DNA of 64,000 nucleotides from an uncultured Candidatus Binatia bacterium (GCA_965218425.1 OZ244621.1:2304001-2368000); one strand, 5' to 3'; positions 20,016-30,647 are shown, counted from the stretch's first letter. The notes: a model not told the origin generated them from the sequence alone. A program made the numbers and translations.

Positions 20016-20321
20016 CGTGAATAAGGGGTCAAGTTGACCCCTTTGCCTCCAACGAAAACACCGTTGAAACTCCGATTTTTCAAGCCGGAAATCTCCTGAG
20101 GATTTCCAGGGCATTCGCAATGAATTCTGTCCGCTAACAAAAGCCGTTATGTCAGGCGGGCGAGCCCCGGGTAAGTACCGGGTGAGAAACCGTGCGCAAT
20201 GCGCGTCGGAGACGGTACGGATAGCCTCAGGAACCGTGGCGGTTCCGGCTGTCCCGGCGAGCGGACGCGCATCTTCCCGCCTGAGACCTCGATCCCGCCG
20301 AGGGGTGGATGCCGGTCAAGG

Positions 20322-21224
20322 TCAGCGGCGTCGAATGCGCGGATCCAGGGCGTCGCGCAGGCCGTCGCCCATGTAGTTCACGCTCAATACGGTCAGCGAG
20401 ATTGCAAGACCCGGCCAGATCGCGCGGGCCGGAGTGATGTTGAGGAAAGGCACACCGTCGTAAAGCAACCGACCCCAGGTCGGGAAATCGGACGGGAATC
20501 CGAGACCGAGAAAACTCAGTGCGCTTTCCGTAATGATCGCTTGCGCGATGCCGAGCGTGGCCGCAACCATGATCGGGCTCAACGCATTGGGGAAGACATG
20601 CCGCAGGATGACCCGGTGCGGCCGCGCGCCGAGGCCGCGGGCGGCGAGGACAAACTCCCGCTGTTTGATCCCGAGCACCTCTCCGCGAACGATACGCGCG
20701 GTCTGCATCCAGCTTGTGATGCCGATGACGACTACGATCAGGATGAATATTCCGACCTCCGATCCCAGGGTGGATCGCAGCGGGTCCCGGAATAACATGA
20801 TGCTGACGAGCAGCAACGGCAGAACCGGCAACGCCAGGAAGAGATCGGTCAGCCGCATCAGCAAACCGTCGAGTCTCCGTAAGAAGCCTGCCATGACGCC
20901 GATGAAGGCTCCGAGGGTCAATGACAGAACCATTGCGGTGACTCCCACGGCAAGCGAAATCCGCCCGCCTGCCAGCACCCGGGCGAACATGTCGCGGCCG
21001 AGATTGTCCGTGCCCATCGGGTGAGCGAACGACATGCCCTGGTTCTTGGCCTTGTAGTCGAGAAATTGCGGGTCGATGCCGTGGACGGCGGATCCGAACA
21101 GGACCGCCGACGCGATCAGCGAAAATGCCGCGGCGCCGACCAGCGCACCCTTATGTTTCAGGAACTGATGCCAGACATATTGCGTTGGCGAGCGGTATCG
21201 CTCGGAATGAACCGGTTCAGTCAT
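20322..21224 (-). CDS. Peptide/nickel ABC transporter permease (OppC/DppC-like)
   Basis: HPMGTDNLGRD, EFVLAARGLGA (EAA loop), ESALSFLGLG, GDGLRDALDP. Confidence 0.93.
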   Translation of the reverse strand: MTEPVHSERYRSPTQYVWHQFLKHKGALVGAAAFSLIASAVLFGSAVHGIDPQFLDYKAKNQGMSFAHPMGTDNLGRDMFARVLAGGRISLAVGVTAMVLSLTLGAFIGVMAGFLRRLDGLLMRLTDLFLALPVLPLLLVSIMLFRDPLRSTLGSEVGIFILIVVVIGITSWMQTARIVRGEVLGIKQREFVLAARGLGARPHRVILRHVFPNALSPIMVAATLGIAQAIITESALSFLGLGFPSDFPTWGRLLYDGVPFLNITPARAIWPGLAISLTVLSVNYMGDGLRDALDPRIRRR

Positions 21225-22236
21225 ATCGAATCTGCGGGTCCAATACCCCGTACAGGAGGTCCGCCACCAGATTGAACATCACGATCAGGACCGCGAAGAT
21301 AAACGTCACGGTTTGCACGGTGGGGATGTCGGCGCCTTCGATTGCGCCGATCAGCAACTGACCGACACCGTTAATGCGGAATATCTGTTCGGTGATGATG
21401 GCCCCCGCGAAGGTCGACGGGAGTCCGAGTGCGATCACCGTGACGACCGGTATCATGCTGTTGCGTAGCACGTGGACCAGGATGACGACCGGTTCCGCGA
21501 GCCCCTTGGCACGCGCGGTGCGCACGTATTCCTGTTTGAGGTTGTCGAGGACCGCGGAGCGGGTGAAGCGACTGAGCTGCGCCGCGTTGAACAGCCCGAG
21601 CACCATGACCGGCATGATCATCTGCTTGACCTGGTAGACGAAGCCGTCGAGGTCGGTCACCTTGTGGGTGGTGTCGTAGATCGACGGCAGCCAGCCGAGA
21701 ATGGCGCTGAAGATCACGATGAGCACCGTTCCCGTGAAGAAGGTCGGAATCGAGAAGCCTACCATGGTGACGAAAGTGCCGACCTGGTCGAAGACCGAGT
21801 ACTGCCGGTAGGCGGAGAAGACACCGACCGGCACCGCGATCAGGATGGCGACAAGGTAGGAGATGCCCACGACGGTCAGGGTCTGCGGCAGCCGAGTTGC
21901 GATCAGGTCCACCACCGGCGAGCGGGTCGACCATGAGCGCACGCGCAGGCGCTCGCCGGAATTACCGATCTCGATTCCCCACAGCTGCTCGAGCATATTA
22001 AGCGGCTCATTGATCATGAACTGCTCAAGCCACCTGAAATAGCGGATGTGGAACGGCTGTCCGAGCCCGAGACTCTCCCTGATCATTTTCCGGGTCTCCG
22101 GAGGGATCGTCAGCGGAAGTTGAGCGGTGGGGTCATTCGGTGCCAGGTCGAGCAGTGCGAAAATGACGAAGCTGATCGCCAGCAGCGTTGGGATCGAGAA
22201 AAGCAGGCGTCTGGCCGCGTACCTTAACATGGACAT
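21217..22236 (-). CDS. Peptide/nickel ABC transporter permease (OppB/DppB-like)
   Basis: YAARRLL, EYVRTARAKGL, HVLRNSMIP, DLLYGVLDPQIR. Confidence 0.93.
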   Translation of the reverse strand: MSMLRYAARRLLFSIPTLLAISFVIFALLDLAPNDPTAQLPLTIPPETRKMIRESLGLGQPFHIRYFRWLEQFMINEPLNMLEQLWGIEIGNSGERLRVRSWSTRSPVVDLIATRLPQTLTVVGISYLVAILIAVPVGVFSAYRQYSVFDQVGTFVTMVGFSIPTFFTGTVLIVIFSAILGWLPSIYDTTHKVTDLDGFVYQVKQMIMPVMVLGLFNAAQLSRFTRSAVLDNLKQEYVRTARAKGLAEPVVILVHVLRNSMIPVVTVIALGLPSTFAGAIITEQIFRINGVGQLLIGAIEGADIPTVQTVTFIFAVLIVMFNLVADLLYGVLDPQIRYD

Positions 22237-22315
22237 GGCTCGTGCGCTTGACGGATCACGGGAAGCGTGCGGGCTGGGGGTGCCGCGGGCCTTCCAAAAT
22301 CAGCTCCACGTCACG

Positions 22316-24022
22316 CTACTTCCGGCGGCGCCACTCCTGAATGTTCCATGGTGTTGCGTCCCAGGCGTTATGCCGGACGCCGTCGAGGGACAGCGCCTTT
22401 GCGGCGACATCGCCGCGGTGGATCAGGGGGATCAACGCACCGTAGTCCACCAGCATGTCGTTCATCGACCTGGCAATGGCCGCGCGTTTCTCGATCCCCG
22501 CCGTTTTGGCAAACAACTCCGCCAGCTTGTCGTATTTCGGGTTGCAATAGCGTGGCACATTGCGGCCGATCCATTGCTTTTCGGGACCCGGGATCTCATC
22601 GCAGATCCAGTTCTGCGTGTAGGCCTGTGGATCGGTCCCGTCGAAGTTGTCGGTGTACATCTCGATGTCCGCGTAGAACTTCTGGTAGGTGTCCGGGCTC
22701 GACGGATCGCTGCCGAAAAACACCGACGCGTTGATGTTCTTCAACTCGGTCTCGACGCCGATCTCACGCCACATCTGCTTGATCAGGGCCTGGGTGCCCT
22801 GACGGACGGAATTGGTCGAGGTCTGGTAGAGGATCGAAAGCCGGGTCCCATCCTTTGCGCGAATGCCGTCCGGGCCACGGGTCCAGCCGGCGGCGTCGAG
22901 CAGCCTGTTGGCGCCCGCGATGTCCTGGGTCTTGCACCAGTCGTTGGCGGTCGAGGCATAGACCGCCGGGGCCGGGAGAATGTTGCAGGTCACCCGACCT
23001 GCGGGACCGTAACCGGCGTCGACCAGGATCTCCCGGTCGATGGCCATCGACAGCGCACGCCGCACCGCCGGATCCGAGAGGAAGGGGTGCGGGTTCCCGC
23101 CGCCCTGGTAGGTTGCTCTTTTGTCGCCCAGCGCCGGATCGGGATTGCTGAGCTGCACCACCAGGCGCTCGACCATGGTACCGAAGGCCGATATCACCTC
23201 GCCCCTGCCGGTATCAGCCATGGCAGCGAGGATCTCGGGCTCGACCTGGAGATTCCAGGCATAGTCGAACTCGCCGGTCTGAAGTACGGCGCGGGCCGCC
23301 GAAACCGCATCGCCGCCGCCCTTCAGCAGAACCGAGGAGAAGGCCGGCAGGTCGGGATCGCGGTATCTGCCGTTCAGTTCGTACCGGACGACGTCGTTGG
23401 GCCGGAATTCCTTCACCTTGAAAGGGCCGGTACCGATGGGACCGAAGTTCTGCCTGGTGCACTCCGGCGCCTTTGCACCCATGCAGTTCTCGAATTGCCG
23501 CTTCTGTATGACCGGCGAGACCGAACCGACGAACGGAGCGTAGGGGAACGGCATCGGAACACCGAAAGATATCCGTACCGCGTGGTCGGCGACAGCCTCG
23601 ACGGACTCGACGTCCTGAAACCGGCTGGCCGCGTTGCAGCCGCCTTCGGGATCCATGCAGTAGGCTGCCGTGAACGCGACGTCCGCCGCGGTAAACGGTG
23701 TGCCGTCCGACCACACCACGTCATTCCTGAGCTTCCAGGTGATCGACATAAGATCCGTCGAGACTCCGCCATTCTCGACGGTTGGAATCTCCGCAGCCAG
23801 CGCGGGAACCATGATGCCGTTCTCGTCGTAGCGCGCCAGTGGCTCGAGGATGATCGAAGCCGCGTGGATATCCTTGGTTCCCCCCGACAGGAACGGGTTC
23901 AGGATCGACGGCGCCTGCCAGTAGAGTATCTTCAACCGGCCGTCGGTCCCTTGCTCGGCGACGGCCGCGGAAGCGAGCGTCGCGACGGCGAACGCTGTCA
24001 GGATGAACGATCGTGGTTTCAC
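22316..24022 (-). CDS. Peptide ABC transporter substrate-binding protein (OppA-like)
   Basis: Signal peptide from inferred GTG at 24022; WQAPSILNP, WSDGTPFTAADV, IGTGPF. Confidence 0.9.
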   Translation of the reverse strand: MKPRSFILTAFAVATLASAAVAEQGTDGRLKILYWQAPSILNPFLSGGTKDIHAASIILEPLARYDENGIMVPALAAEIPTVENGGVSTDLMSITWKLRNDVVWSDGTPFTAADVAFTAAYCMDPEGGCNAASRFQDVESVEAVADHAVRISFGVPMPFPYAPFVGSVSPVIQKRQFENCMGAKAPECTRQNFGPIGTGPFKVKEFRPNDVVRYELNGRYRDPDLPAFSSVLLKGGGDAVSAARAVLQTGEFDYAWNLQVEPEILAAMADTGRGEVISAFGTMVERLVVQLSNPDPALGDKRATYQGGGNPHPFLSDPAVRRALSMAIDREILVDAGYGPAGRVTCNILPAPAVYASTANDWCKTQDIAGANRLLDAAGWTRGPDGIRAKDGTRLSILYQTSTNSVRQGTQALIKQMWREIGVETELKNINASVFFGSDPSSPDTYQKFYADIEMYTDNFDGTDPQAYTQNWICDEIPGPEKQWIGRNVPRYCNPKYDKLAELFAKTAGIEKRAAIARSMNDMLVDYGALIPLIHRGDVAAKALSLDGVRHNAWDATPWNIQEWRRRK

Positions 24023-24706
24023 ATCAAAGGCACCAGGGCAAAGGTCACCTATTAGAAGGCGGTAGTCAAGAGGCAAGACTGATCCGCTGAGAAATAATTC
24101 CCTTTGGTTCACCCGCCGGCATTGTGATCGCCGGTAACGCGCGCCTGTTTTCGTTGGTTCGGTGTCGGACATGGTCCGCACCACTCACCCATCAGGATCA
24201 AGTCTTGGCCTATATACTTGATGTCACAATTACATAGGCGATACGGGTTCTAGTGCTGAACGATCGATTTCCCTGTTCGGTCTGAACAGCCCCGGACCAG
24301 GCCCATTACCCGCGACTTTGCAAGCGCTTTCAGGGCGACGTGTCCAGCATAAGGCGCAAGCGAGTTTCGTCATCCCCGTGCATAGCGCATTTTGCTTCTT
24401 TCAACAGGAATTGGCAGCCTATATTGTTCGAGGTACCCAGGTCCCTTTCCGCTGCCCGAACTCGCCGTCGAACGGCCTGTCGCTGCGCTGTGACATTCAC
24501 AACCCGTTCGACGCCGGCTACGCGACGATAACACTGGCACCTGAAAGCGGGATCATGCTATCATCCTCACCATGAGGATTATCGCGCTGGCGGCCCTAGA
24601 GGGTCTTTCTCGATGCCGGCCGCCTAGCATCAGGGGAATGATGCGCCCATGTGATGATCGTTTCGATCGCTGTTGAGAACTGTCCGGCAATGGAGGAGAG
24701 GTGATC

Positions 24707-25675
24707 ATGAAATGGTTGATTGGAATGGCCGCGGGTATGGTCCTTGCCGCCGGCGCGGCGCATGCCGGCGAGACATGGAATATGCCCACGGCTTACGCGG
24801 ACTCGAACTACCATACCCGCAACGCCAAGCTGTTCGCCGAAGCGGTGGGGCTCTGCACCGGGAGCGAGTTGAAGATCGTCGTGCACGGAGACGGCTCGCT
24901 GATCAAGGGCGACCAGATCAAGCGCGCCGTACAGACCGGCCAAGCTCCCATCGGCGAACGGCTCCTGAGCGCACATCAGGACGAGAACGCGCTGTTCGGG
25001 TTCGACTCGGTGCCGTTTCTGGCCTCGTCCTTCGAGGCGTCGGAGAAACTCTGGCGCGCGGCGAAGCGGAAACTGACCGCGATCCTCGCCGACCAGAACC
25101 TGGTGTTGCTCTATTCGGTGCCCTGGCCGCCGCAGGGGATGTACTTCAAGAAGGAGATCACCGCCGTGGCGGACATGGCCGGGATCAAATTCCGCGCCTA
25201 TAGCGCCGCTACCGCTCGGCTCGCGGAACTCGCAAAGATGTTGCCCGTGCAAGTCGAGGCCGCCGAGCTCATGCATGTACTGGCGACCGGGGTGGCCGAG
25301 GCCTTCATCTCCTCGGCCGCGACCGGTTATTACCGCAAGGTCTGGAAACATGTCGGCTATTTCTACGACACTCGGGCTTGGCTGCCGCGCAACTACGTGT
25401 TCGCCAATAAGGAAGCGTTCGAGACCCTGAGCTCGCAGGCACGTAACTGCCTGCGCTCCTCCGCCTTGTTGGCGGAAGCCGCGGGCACGACGCGCGCCCG
25501 CGAGCTGATGGGATGGCATCTGAAGCAGCTTGCCGCCAACGGTATGAGCGTACGGGCGCCTGGCAAGCAGCTCGCCGCCGATCTCGCCGAGATTGGCGCG
25601 ACGATGTCGGCCGAGTGGGCCGCCGCCGCAGGAAGCGACGGCGCGGCGATCATCAAGGCCTATAAGATGCAATAA
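24707..25675 (+). CDS. dctP: TRAP transporter substrate-binding protein (DctP family), orphan
   Basis: Signal peptide, IKRAVQTGQ..IGE.LLS, DSVPFLA, VPWPPQG, KFRAY. Confidence 0.88.
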   Translation: MKWLIGMAAGMVLAAGAAHAGETWNMPTAYADSNYHTRNAKLFAEAVGLCTGSELKIVVHGDGSLIKGDQIKRAVQTGQAPIGERLLSAHQDENALFGFDSVPFLASSFEASEKLWRAAKRKLTAILADQNLVLLYSVPWPPQGMYFKKEITAVADMAGIKFRAYSAATARLAELAKMLPVQVEAAELMHVLATGVAEAFISSAATGYYRKVWKHVGYFYDTRAWLPRNYVFANKEAFETLSSQARNCLRSSALLAEAAGTTRARELMGWHLKQLAANGMSVRAPGKQLAADLAEIGATMSAEWAAAAGSDGAAIIKAYKMQ

Positions 25676-26103
25676 AGGGAGGAGCGCAAGCCTCAGCCTC
25701 CCCCTTGTGAAGGCGGCCATGACGCCGACGTTATGCCGCCTTCCGCCGCCCCCCTCGGATGACACGGGAGTGAGGGAGTTGGAATGAGGCAAGAAACGTG
25801 GCGATCTATATCGGAGGACTGCAAAGGGCTATGATACAGTTCCGTCAGTGGAATCATCTTATGGGGTAGAAAGTAAGATGGCGGGATCTGGAAAGCCACG
25901 GAAACGGATTGAAGAGATCGAGAGACATATTCTCAGCCGGCAAGCGTAGGCTTGACCCCTTGCCTTCTAACACCCGACCATGCGGGTTTCAATGTCATGG
26001 AAGCAAGGCATTCACTTGCGCCCGGCGCCGGTGTTCGTTACCGTAGTCGGGTGGAGCGGGATTCAGACTTCGCCGTCCTTCGCGCGGCAATTCGGATGTC
26101 ACA

Positions 26104-26964
26104 GTGGGATTCGTAACCGACGTTGTTCTACCGATTGCGCTTGCCTTCATCATGTTCGCGCTCGGCCTCGGTCTTACCTTCGGCGACTTTGCCCGGGTCG
26201 CGACGCGTCCGCGCGATTTCGTTGTGGGCCTCCTGTCCCAGGTCCTGCTACTGCCCGTGGTGGCCTTCCTGCTTGTCAGCGTGTGGCCGCTGCCGCCGGA
26301 GTTGGCGCTTGGCGTCATGATCATAGCGGCGGCCCCGGGGGGTGTGACTTCCAACATCCTGACCGCGTTTGCGCGGGGTGACGTGGCATTGTCGATATCA
26401 CTGACCGCGGTGATGAGCCTGCTCTGCGTCGTCACCGTTCCGTTCGTCGTTACGTTCTCCTACAGTCATCTCGTAGGCGGCGATACCGCAGCCGACGTGT
26501 CCGTTGCCCGCACGGCGGTCAGCGTGTTCGTCATTGTCACTCTACCCGTTCTGATTGGCCTATTGGTGCGTCGGCTGGCCGGAGGCTTTGCCGTCCGGTT
26601 CGGGCCGACGGCGCGAAAGATTTCGGCCGTGCTTTTCGTGCTGGTCCTGGCGAGCGCGATCTACCAGGAGCGCAACAACATCGTCAACTACTTCGCTCAG
26701 GCTGGCCTGGTCACGCTGGTGCTCAACCTGGCCATGATGGTGCTGGCCTATCTTTTGGCACAGCTCTTCGCTTCCGGCCTGCGCCAGCGTATCGCCATCA
26801 CCATCGAATGCGGCCTTCAGAACGGCACCTTGGCCATCGCCGTGGCCACCTTGCTGTTCGGCAGCGGCCTCGCCACAATTCCCGCGGCAACTTACAGCCT
26901 GATCATGTTCGCGACCGCGCTCATCTTCATCACGATCCTGCGCTGCCGCGTTCCGGAGCGGTAG
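26104..26964 (+). CDS. Bile acid:sodium symporter (BASS) family transporter
   Basis: IMFALGLGLT, APGGVTSN, GDVALSISLT, IECGLQNGTLA. Confidence 0.9.
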   Translation: MGFVTDVVLPIALAFIMFALGLGLTFGDFARVATRPRDFVVGLLSQVLLLPVVAFLLVSVWPLPPELALGVMIIAAAPGGVTSNILTAFARGDVALSISLTAVMSLLCVVTVPFVVTFSYSHLVGGDTAADVSVARTAVSVFVIVTLPVLIGLLVRRLAGGFAVRFGPTARKISAVLFVLVLASAIYQERNNIVNYFAQAGLVTLVLNLAMMVLAYLLAQLFASGLRQRIAITIECGLQNGTLAIAVATLLFGSGLATIPAATYSLIMFATALIFITILRCRVPER

Positions 26965-27096
26965 TGGAGCCGGCTGGTCCGTTATCGGTTGGGACTATCC
27001 GATCTCGTCTTCGGCGCGGCGAAGCAGTAAAGATCAAGCCGTTTGTGTCAAAGGGATAAACGCAGCCGCAGATAATAACAACCAAGGAGGTTCGAA

Positions 27097-27387
27097 ATGC
27101 TGTCACAGATTCGCATTTACACGATCAACAAGGGCCAGATGGAGGCCTTCCTCAAGCACTTCAAAGAGGAAATTATTGTGGTGCACGAGAAAATCGGCCT
27201 TCCTATTATCGGCACTTGGGTGAACCGTCCGCAGAACGAGTTTATCTGGGTCAGGACCTACAGAGACGAGGCGGACCGTGAGGCGAAGGGCAAAGCGTTC
27301 CAGGCGGAGATAAAAGCGGCCGGGATCAAGCTGGGAGGGAACGTCGCGAAGATGGAAGTACGCGATGTCGAAACGGCGTTCGCCTAG
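27097..27387 (+). CDS. NIPSNAP family protein
   Basis: QIRIYTI..GQM..F, EFIWVR; strong RBS AAGGAGG. Confidence 0.8.
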   Translation: MLSQIRIYTINKGQMEAFLKHFKEEIIVVHEKIGLPIIGTWVNRPQNEFIWVRTYRDEADREAKGKAFQAEIKAAGIKLGGNVAKMEVRDVETAFA

Positions 27388-27851
27388 CCGGCAACGCGCT
27401 CCTGAACCACGGTTGGCGGGGTGGTCCCGGATATCTGCCTGAAGAGGGGGCAAGTTGAATCGACCCGGGTTTCGAAGGGGATTACGCGCGCTGCCAGGTC
27501 GGACCGGCCGATTTCGCGGCTTGGCAAAAAGTATGGACTGGGCCAGCCGCGTAAAGAGTCAGAGGGGTCGGGCCTTGCACTCTATGAAAGGGGACGTTGC
27601 GACTTTTATGACCTTCTGCGCGTGGTTGGACACGCAGCGGGACATTGTGTCGCTAATCTTGTCGTGGGCAGGCGCGTCGAGGCGCTTGTGTTGTTTCAGC
27701 TCAGTCCGGCGATATGCTATTCTTGATCACGCTCGTTCTTGGAGACCGACTCTGTCCCCTGGGCCTGAAGGTCAACCCTATCCGGAAGCTTCCTTGACCC
27801 TGTCAGCCTAACAGACAAAATACCGTCATGTCTCCTATGAAAGGATTGCAG

Positions 27852-28505
27852 ATGAGATCCATTATTCGTTTCCTCGGAGTTTTGCTCATGGGGTGCCTGG
27901 TCGCCACTAACGCGCATGCGATGCAGGATGATGTGGATCAAGCCTTGACGATTTTCAAACGCTTTCAGAGCATTCCCGAGAACGCCATTCCACCAGCGGT
28001 GATGCGGGACGCGAAGGGCCTGGCGATACTTACCGTCACAAAAGCCGGTTTCATCTTTAGTGGTCGAGGAGGGACGGGCATAGTCGTCGCGCGAACCGGT
28101 AAAGGTTGGAGCGGTCCTTCAGGGATCGGTTCGGGAGGGGTAGGCGTGGGATTTCAGGCTGGGGCCAACACCACTGAATTCGTGATCGTTCTCAACACGG
28201 ACAAGGCCGTTGACGCGTTCGCAAAAAGGGGTAACGTTACCCTCGGGGGCGCCCTCAGTGTTGCGGTCGGACCCGTTGGACGCTCCGCCGAAGCCGACGT
28301 GGCCATCCAGGCGGCCATGTACACTTACAGTCGCTCCCAGGGAGTCTTCGCCGGCGTATCTTTGGAGGGTACCGTCATTGGCGTGCGGACCAAGGCCAAC
28401 GCGAAATACTACGGCAAGCCCGTCAAAGCGAAAGATATTCTCGCAGGCAAGGTGAAACCTCCAGCCGGTGCGCAGAACCTGTTGAAAGAGTTATCGAAAT
28501 ACTGA
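27852..28505 (+). CDS. SYLF/Ysc84 lipid-binding domain protein
   Basis: Signal peptide, KAGFIFSGRGGTG, GWSGPS, YTYSRSQGVFAGVSLEG. Confidence 0.9.
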   Translation: MRSIIRFLGVLLMGCLVATNAHAMQDDVDQALTIFKRFQSIPENAIPPAVMRDAKGLAILTVTKAGFIFSGRGGTGIVVARTGKGWSGPSGIGSGGVGVGFQAGANTTEFVIVLNTDKAVDAFAKRGNVTLGGALSVAVGPVGRSAEADVAIQAAMYTYSRSQGVFAGVSLEGTVIGVRTKANAKYYGKPVKAKDILAGKVKPPAGAQNLLKELSKY

Positions 28506-28635
28506 AGGTGGTCGATGTTTTTGCCTTCACGCCAGGACTGACTAGGTTCTGGGGTCAGACCTGGATATATGGATAATCTTGCAGACCGTGGTTTCGAACG
28601 GTGCGATCAACGCCCTGTCATTTTCGTAATCGTGG

Positions 28636-29142
28636 TTATGCGTGTTCGGACACGTATTGGCGCATGGTGTCGAGGGTCTTTTCGCCGATACCTTTAATGT
28701 CCTGAAGCTTGTCTTGGTCCAGGGCTTTTTTGAGATCCTTGAGGCTTCGGATCTTATATTTTTTACTAAGGACCCGGATCGTCTTTGCGCCGAGGCCGGG
28801 TATAGCCGTTAACTCCAGGACGGTTTTCGGGACCCGGTGTACCCATTGCTCCATCTTGGCGCAGGTGCCCGTCTTGAGGAACTCTCCGATGATCCCGGCA
28901 ATGGTAGCGCCCACGCCGGGAATCTTGTTAAGGCGTCCCTCCTGATGTAATTGAATTACCGATTCGGGAAAGCGCGAGATGGTATAGGCTACCCGTCCGT
29001 ACTGTTTCGCGTGGGATTCGTCGTATCCGCAAATAATCAGATAGTCTCCCATACCTTTGATCTGGTCGGCAATCTTATCATTGCCGCGCCAGCGCTTCCT
29101 GCCTTTCGCATCGGTATAGGATTGATCTCCGTTGGTTGTCAT
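28636..29142 (-). CDS. Stand-alone helix-hairpin-helix protein resembling the DNA polymerase X N-terminal domains
   Basis: Three HhH motifs: IPGVGATIA, IPGLGAKT, IKGIGEKT; 'IGEFLKTG'; no palm or PHP domain. Confidence 0.78.
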   Translation of the reverse strand: MTTNGDQSYTDAKGRKRWRGNDKIADQIKGMGDYLIICGYDESHAKQYGRVAYTISRFPESVIQLHQEGRLNKIPGVGATIAGIIGEFLKTGTCAKMEQWVHRVPKTVLELTAIPGLGAKTIRVLSKKYKIRSLKDLKKALDQDKLQDIKGIGEKTLDTMRQYVSEHA

Positions 29143-29327
29143 AGGGGAAAGACCGCGAAGAGTTTTAACGCAGATTTACGCGGATACTTGAATAGCAAAG
29201 AGCAGAGCACTCAGAGAAGTGAGCAATAAGCAGTGTTCTCCCGTGGCTCAGTACTCTTTTCTCAGTACTAAATGGCGTCTTTGCGCGAGGTATCTTTTTT
29301 CCGAGTCCGGAATCCAAACCCCCAGTT

Positions 29328-30020
29328 TTAAAGCATACCGTGATCGCTGAAACTGAAATACCGATCGTGACCGATCACCACATGGTCCAGGACCCGGATG
29401 CCCATCACTTCTCCTACTTCTTTTAACCTTCTGGTAATCTCTATATCCTCCTGGCTGGGGGTAGGGTCGCCGCTGGGGTGATTGTGGACAAAGAGCACTG
29501 CTGCGGCGGATTCCCGGATGATGGGATTGTAGACCTCACGGGGATGCACCAAAGAGGCAGTGAGGGATCCCTCGGAGATTTTGACCTCACGAATTTTCCG
29601 GTTTTTATTGTTTAGGAGGACCGCGTAAAAGATCTCACGATTCACTTTGTGGAACTTGTCCTGGAAGTGCCGGAAGACGTTTTCCGGGGATTTTAATGGT
29701 TCTCCCGCCTTCCATGTTTCACGTCCCATTCTACGGCCTATTTCCAGGCAGGCCTTGATCTGGGCCAACTTGGCTGAGCCTAAACCTTTGATAACCCTCA
29801 GTTCCTTTGGGGAAGCCTCGTCGAGGCCTTTTAGCCCATTAAACCGTTTTAGTAGGGCCCGGGCATGATCCAGGGCGGTTTCTTTTGTACTTGCGTTTCC
29901 GGTTCTCAGGATGATGGCGAGGAGCTCGGCCTCGGTGAGGGATTGAGGGCCGTTGTGGAGGAGTTTTTCCCTGGGCCGGTCCTCTTCCGGCCACTCTTTA
30001 ATGGTTTGGTATCGAGCCAT
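29328..30020 (-). CDS. radC: RadC family JAB-domain protein
   Basis: RPREKLL..G, VHPREV, HNHPSGDPTPSQED, LDHVVIG. Confidence 0.95.
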   Translation of the reverse strand: MARYQTIKEWPEEDRPREKLLHNGPQSLTEAELLAIILRTGNASTKETALDHARALLKRFNGLKGLDEASPKELRVIKGLGSAKLAQIKACLEIGRRMGRETWKAGEPLKSPENVFRHFQDKFHKVNREIFYAVLLNNKNRKIREVKISEGSLTASLVHPREVYNPIIRESAAAVLFVHNHPSGDPTPSQEDIEITRRLKEVGEVMGIRVLDHVVIGHDRYFSFSDHGML

Positions 30021-30049
30021 AATAATGCCTATTCCAATAACAAACTTTT

Positions 30050-30130
30050 TCGCGCCAAGACACCAAGCTCGCAAAGATAAGAATCTAGCTCTTGTTTCCG
30101 AACCTGGCGTTCTTTGCGCCTTTGCGCGAG
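30050..30130. repeat. REP-like intergenic inverted pair; related copies at ~29274, ~31685, 40581-40608 and 48331-48358
   Basis: CTTGGCGTCCTTTGCGTCTTTGCGCGAG is identical at 40581 and 48331; variant at 30103 with a degenerate inverted partner at 30050. Confidence 0.75.
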
Positions 30131-30167
30131 TTGTCTTTATCCGAATCCCTTTAACTGATGCCCAATA

Positions 30168-30647
30168 TTACTTTTTACGGCTAAAGGTTCCGCTTTTGCC
30201 GCCACTTTTTTGAGTTAGCTGGATCTCGCCGATGGTCATCTCACGATCGGCGGCTTTGCACATGTCATAGATGGTAAGTGCGGAAACTGACACGGCGGTC
30301 ATGGCCTCCATCTCGACGCCGGTCTGGCCTGTCACTTTTATGGTAGCTTCAATTTCCACCCTGGAAGGGTTCTTCTCAGGAGTGAGAGTGATTTCAACTG
30401 ATGTAATGTTGAGGGGGTGGCACATGGGGACGAGGTCGGACGTCCTTTTAGCTCCCATGATTCCGGCCACCCGGGCCACGGAAAAAACGTCTCCCTTTGC
30501 CACTCTTTTTTCTATAATCATGGCGAGGGTTTCGGCACGCATGAGTATTTTTCCCCGCGCCGCCGCCACTCGGCAGGTTATGTCCTTTTCCGTCACGTCC
30601 ACCATCCGCGCGCGGCCTTGGGCGTCCAAATGGGAGAGTTTGGCCAT
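30168..30647 (-). CDS. moaC: Cyclic pyranopterin monophosphate synthase
   Basis: LSHLD..G.ARMVDV, LVPMCHPL, TGVEMEAMTAVS, KSGGKSG. Confidence 0.96.
   Translation of the reverse strand: MAKLSHLDAQGRARMVDVTEKDITCRVAAARGKILMRAETLAMIIEKRVAKGDVFSVARVAGIMGAKRTSDLVPMCHPLNITSVEITLTPEKNPSRVEIEATIKVTGQTGVEMEAMTAVSVSALTIYDMCKAADREMTIGEIQLTQKSGGKSGTFSRKK

Noticed and set aside
22127..24055. 642-aa plus-strand ORF
   Set aside because: Antisense shadow of the oppA-like gene.
24596..25792. 398-aa minus-strand ORF
   Set aside because: Antisense shadow of dctP.
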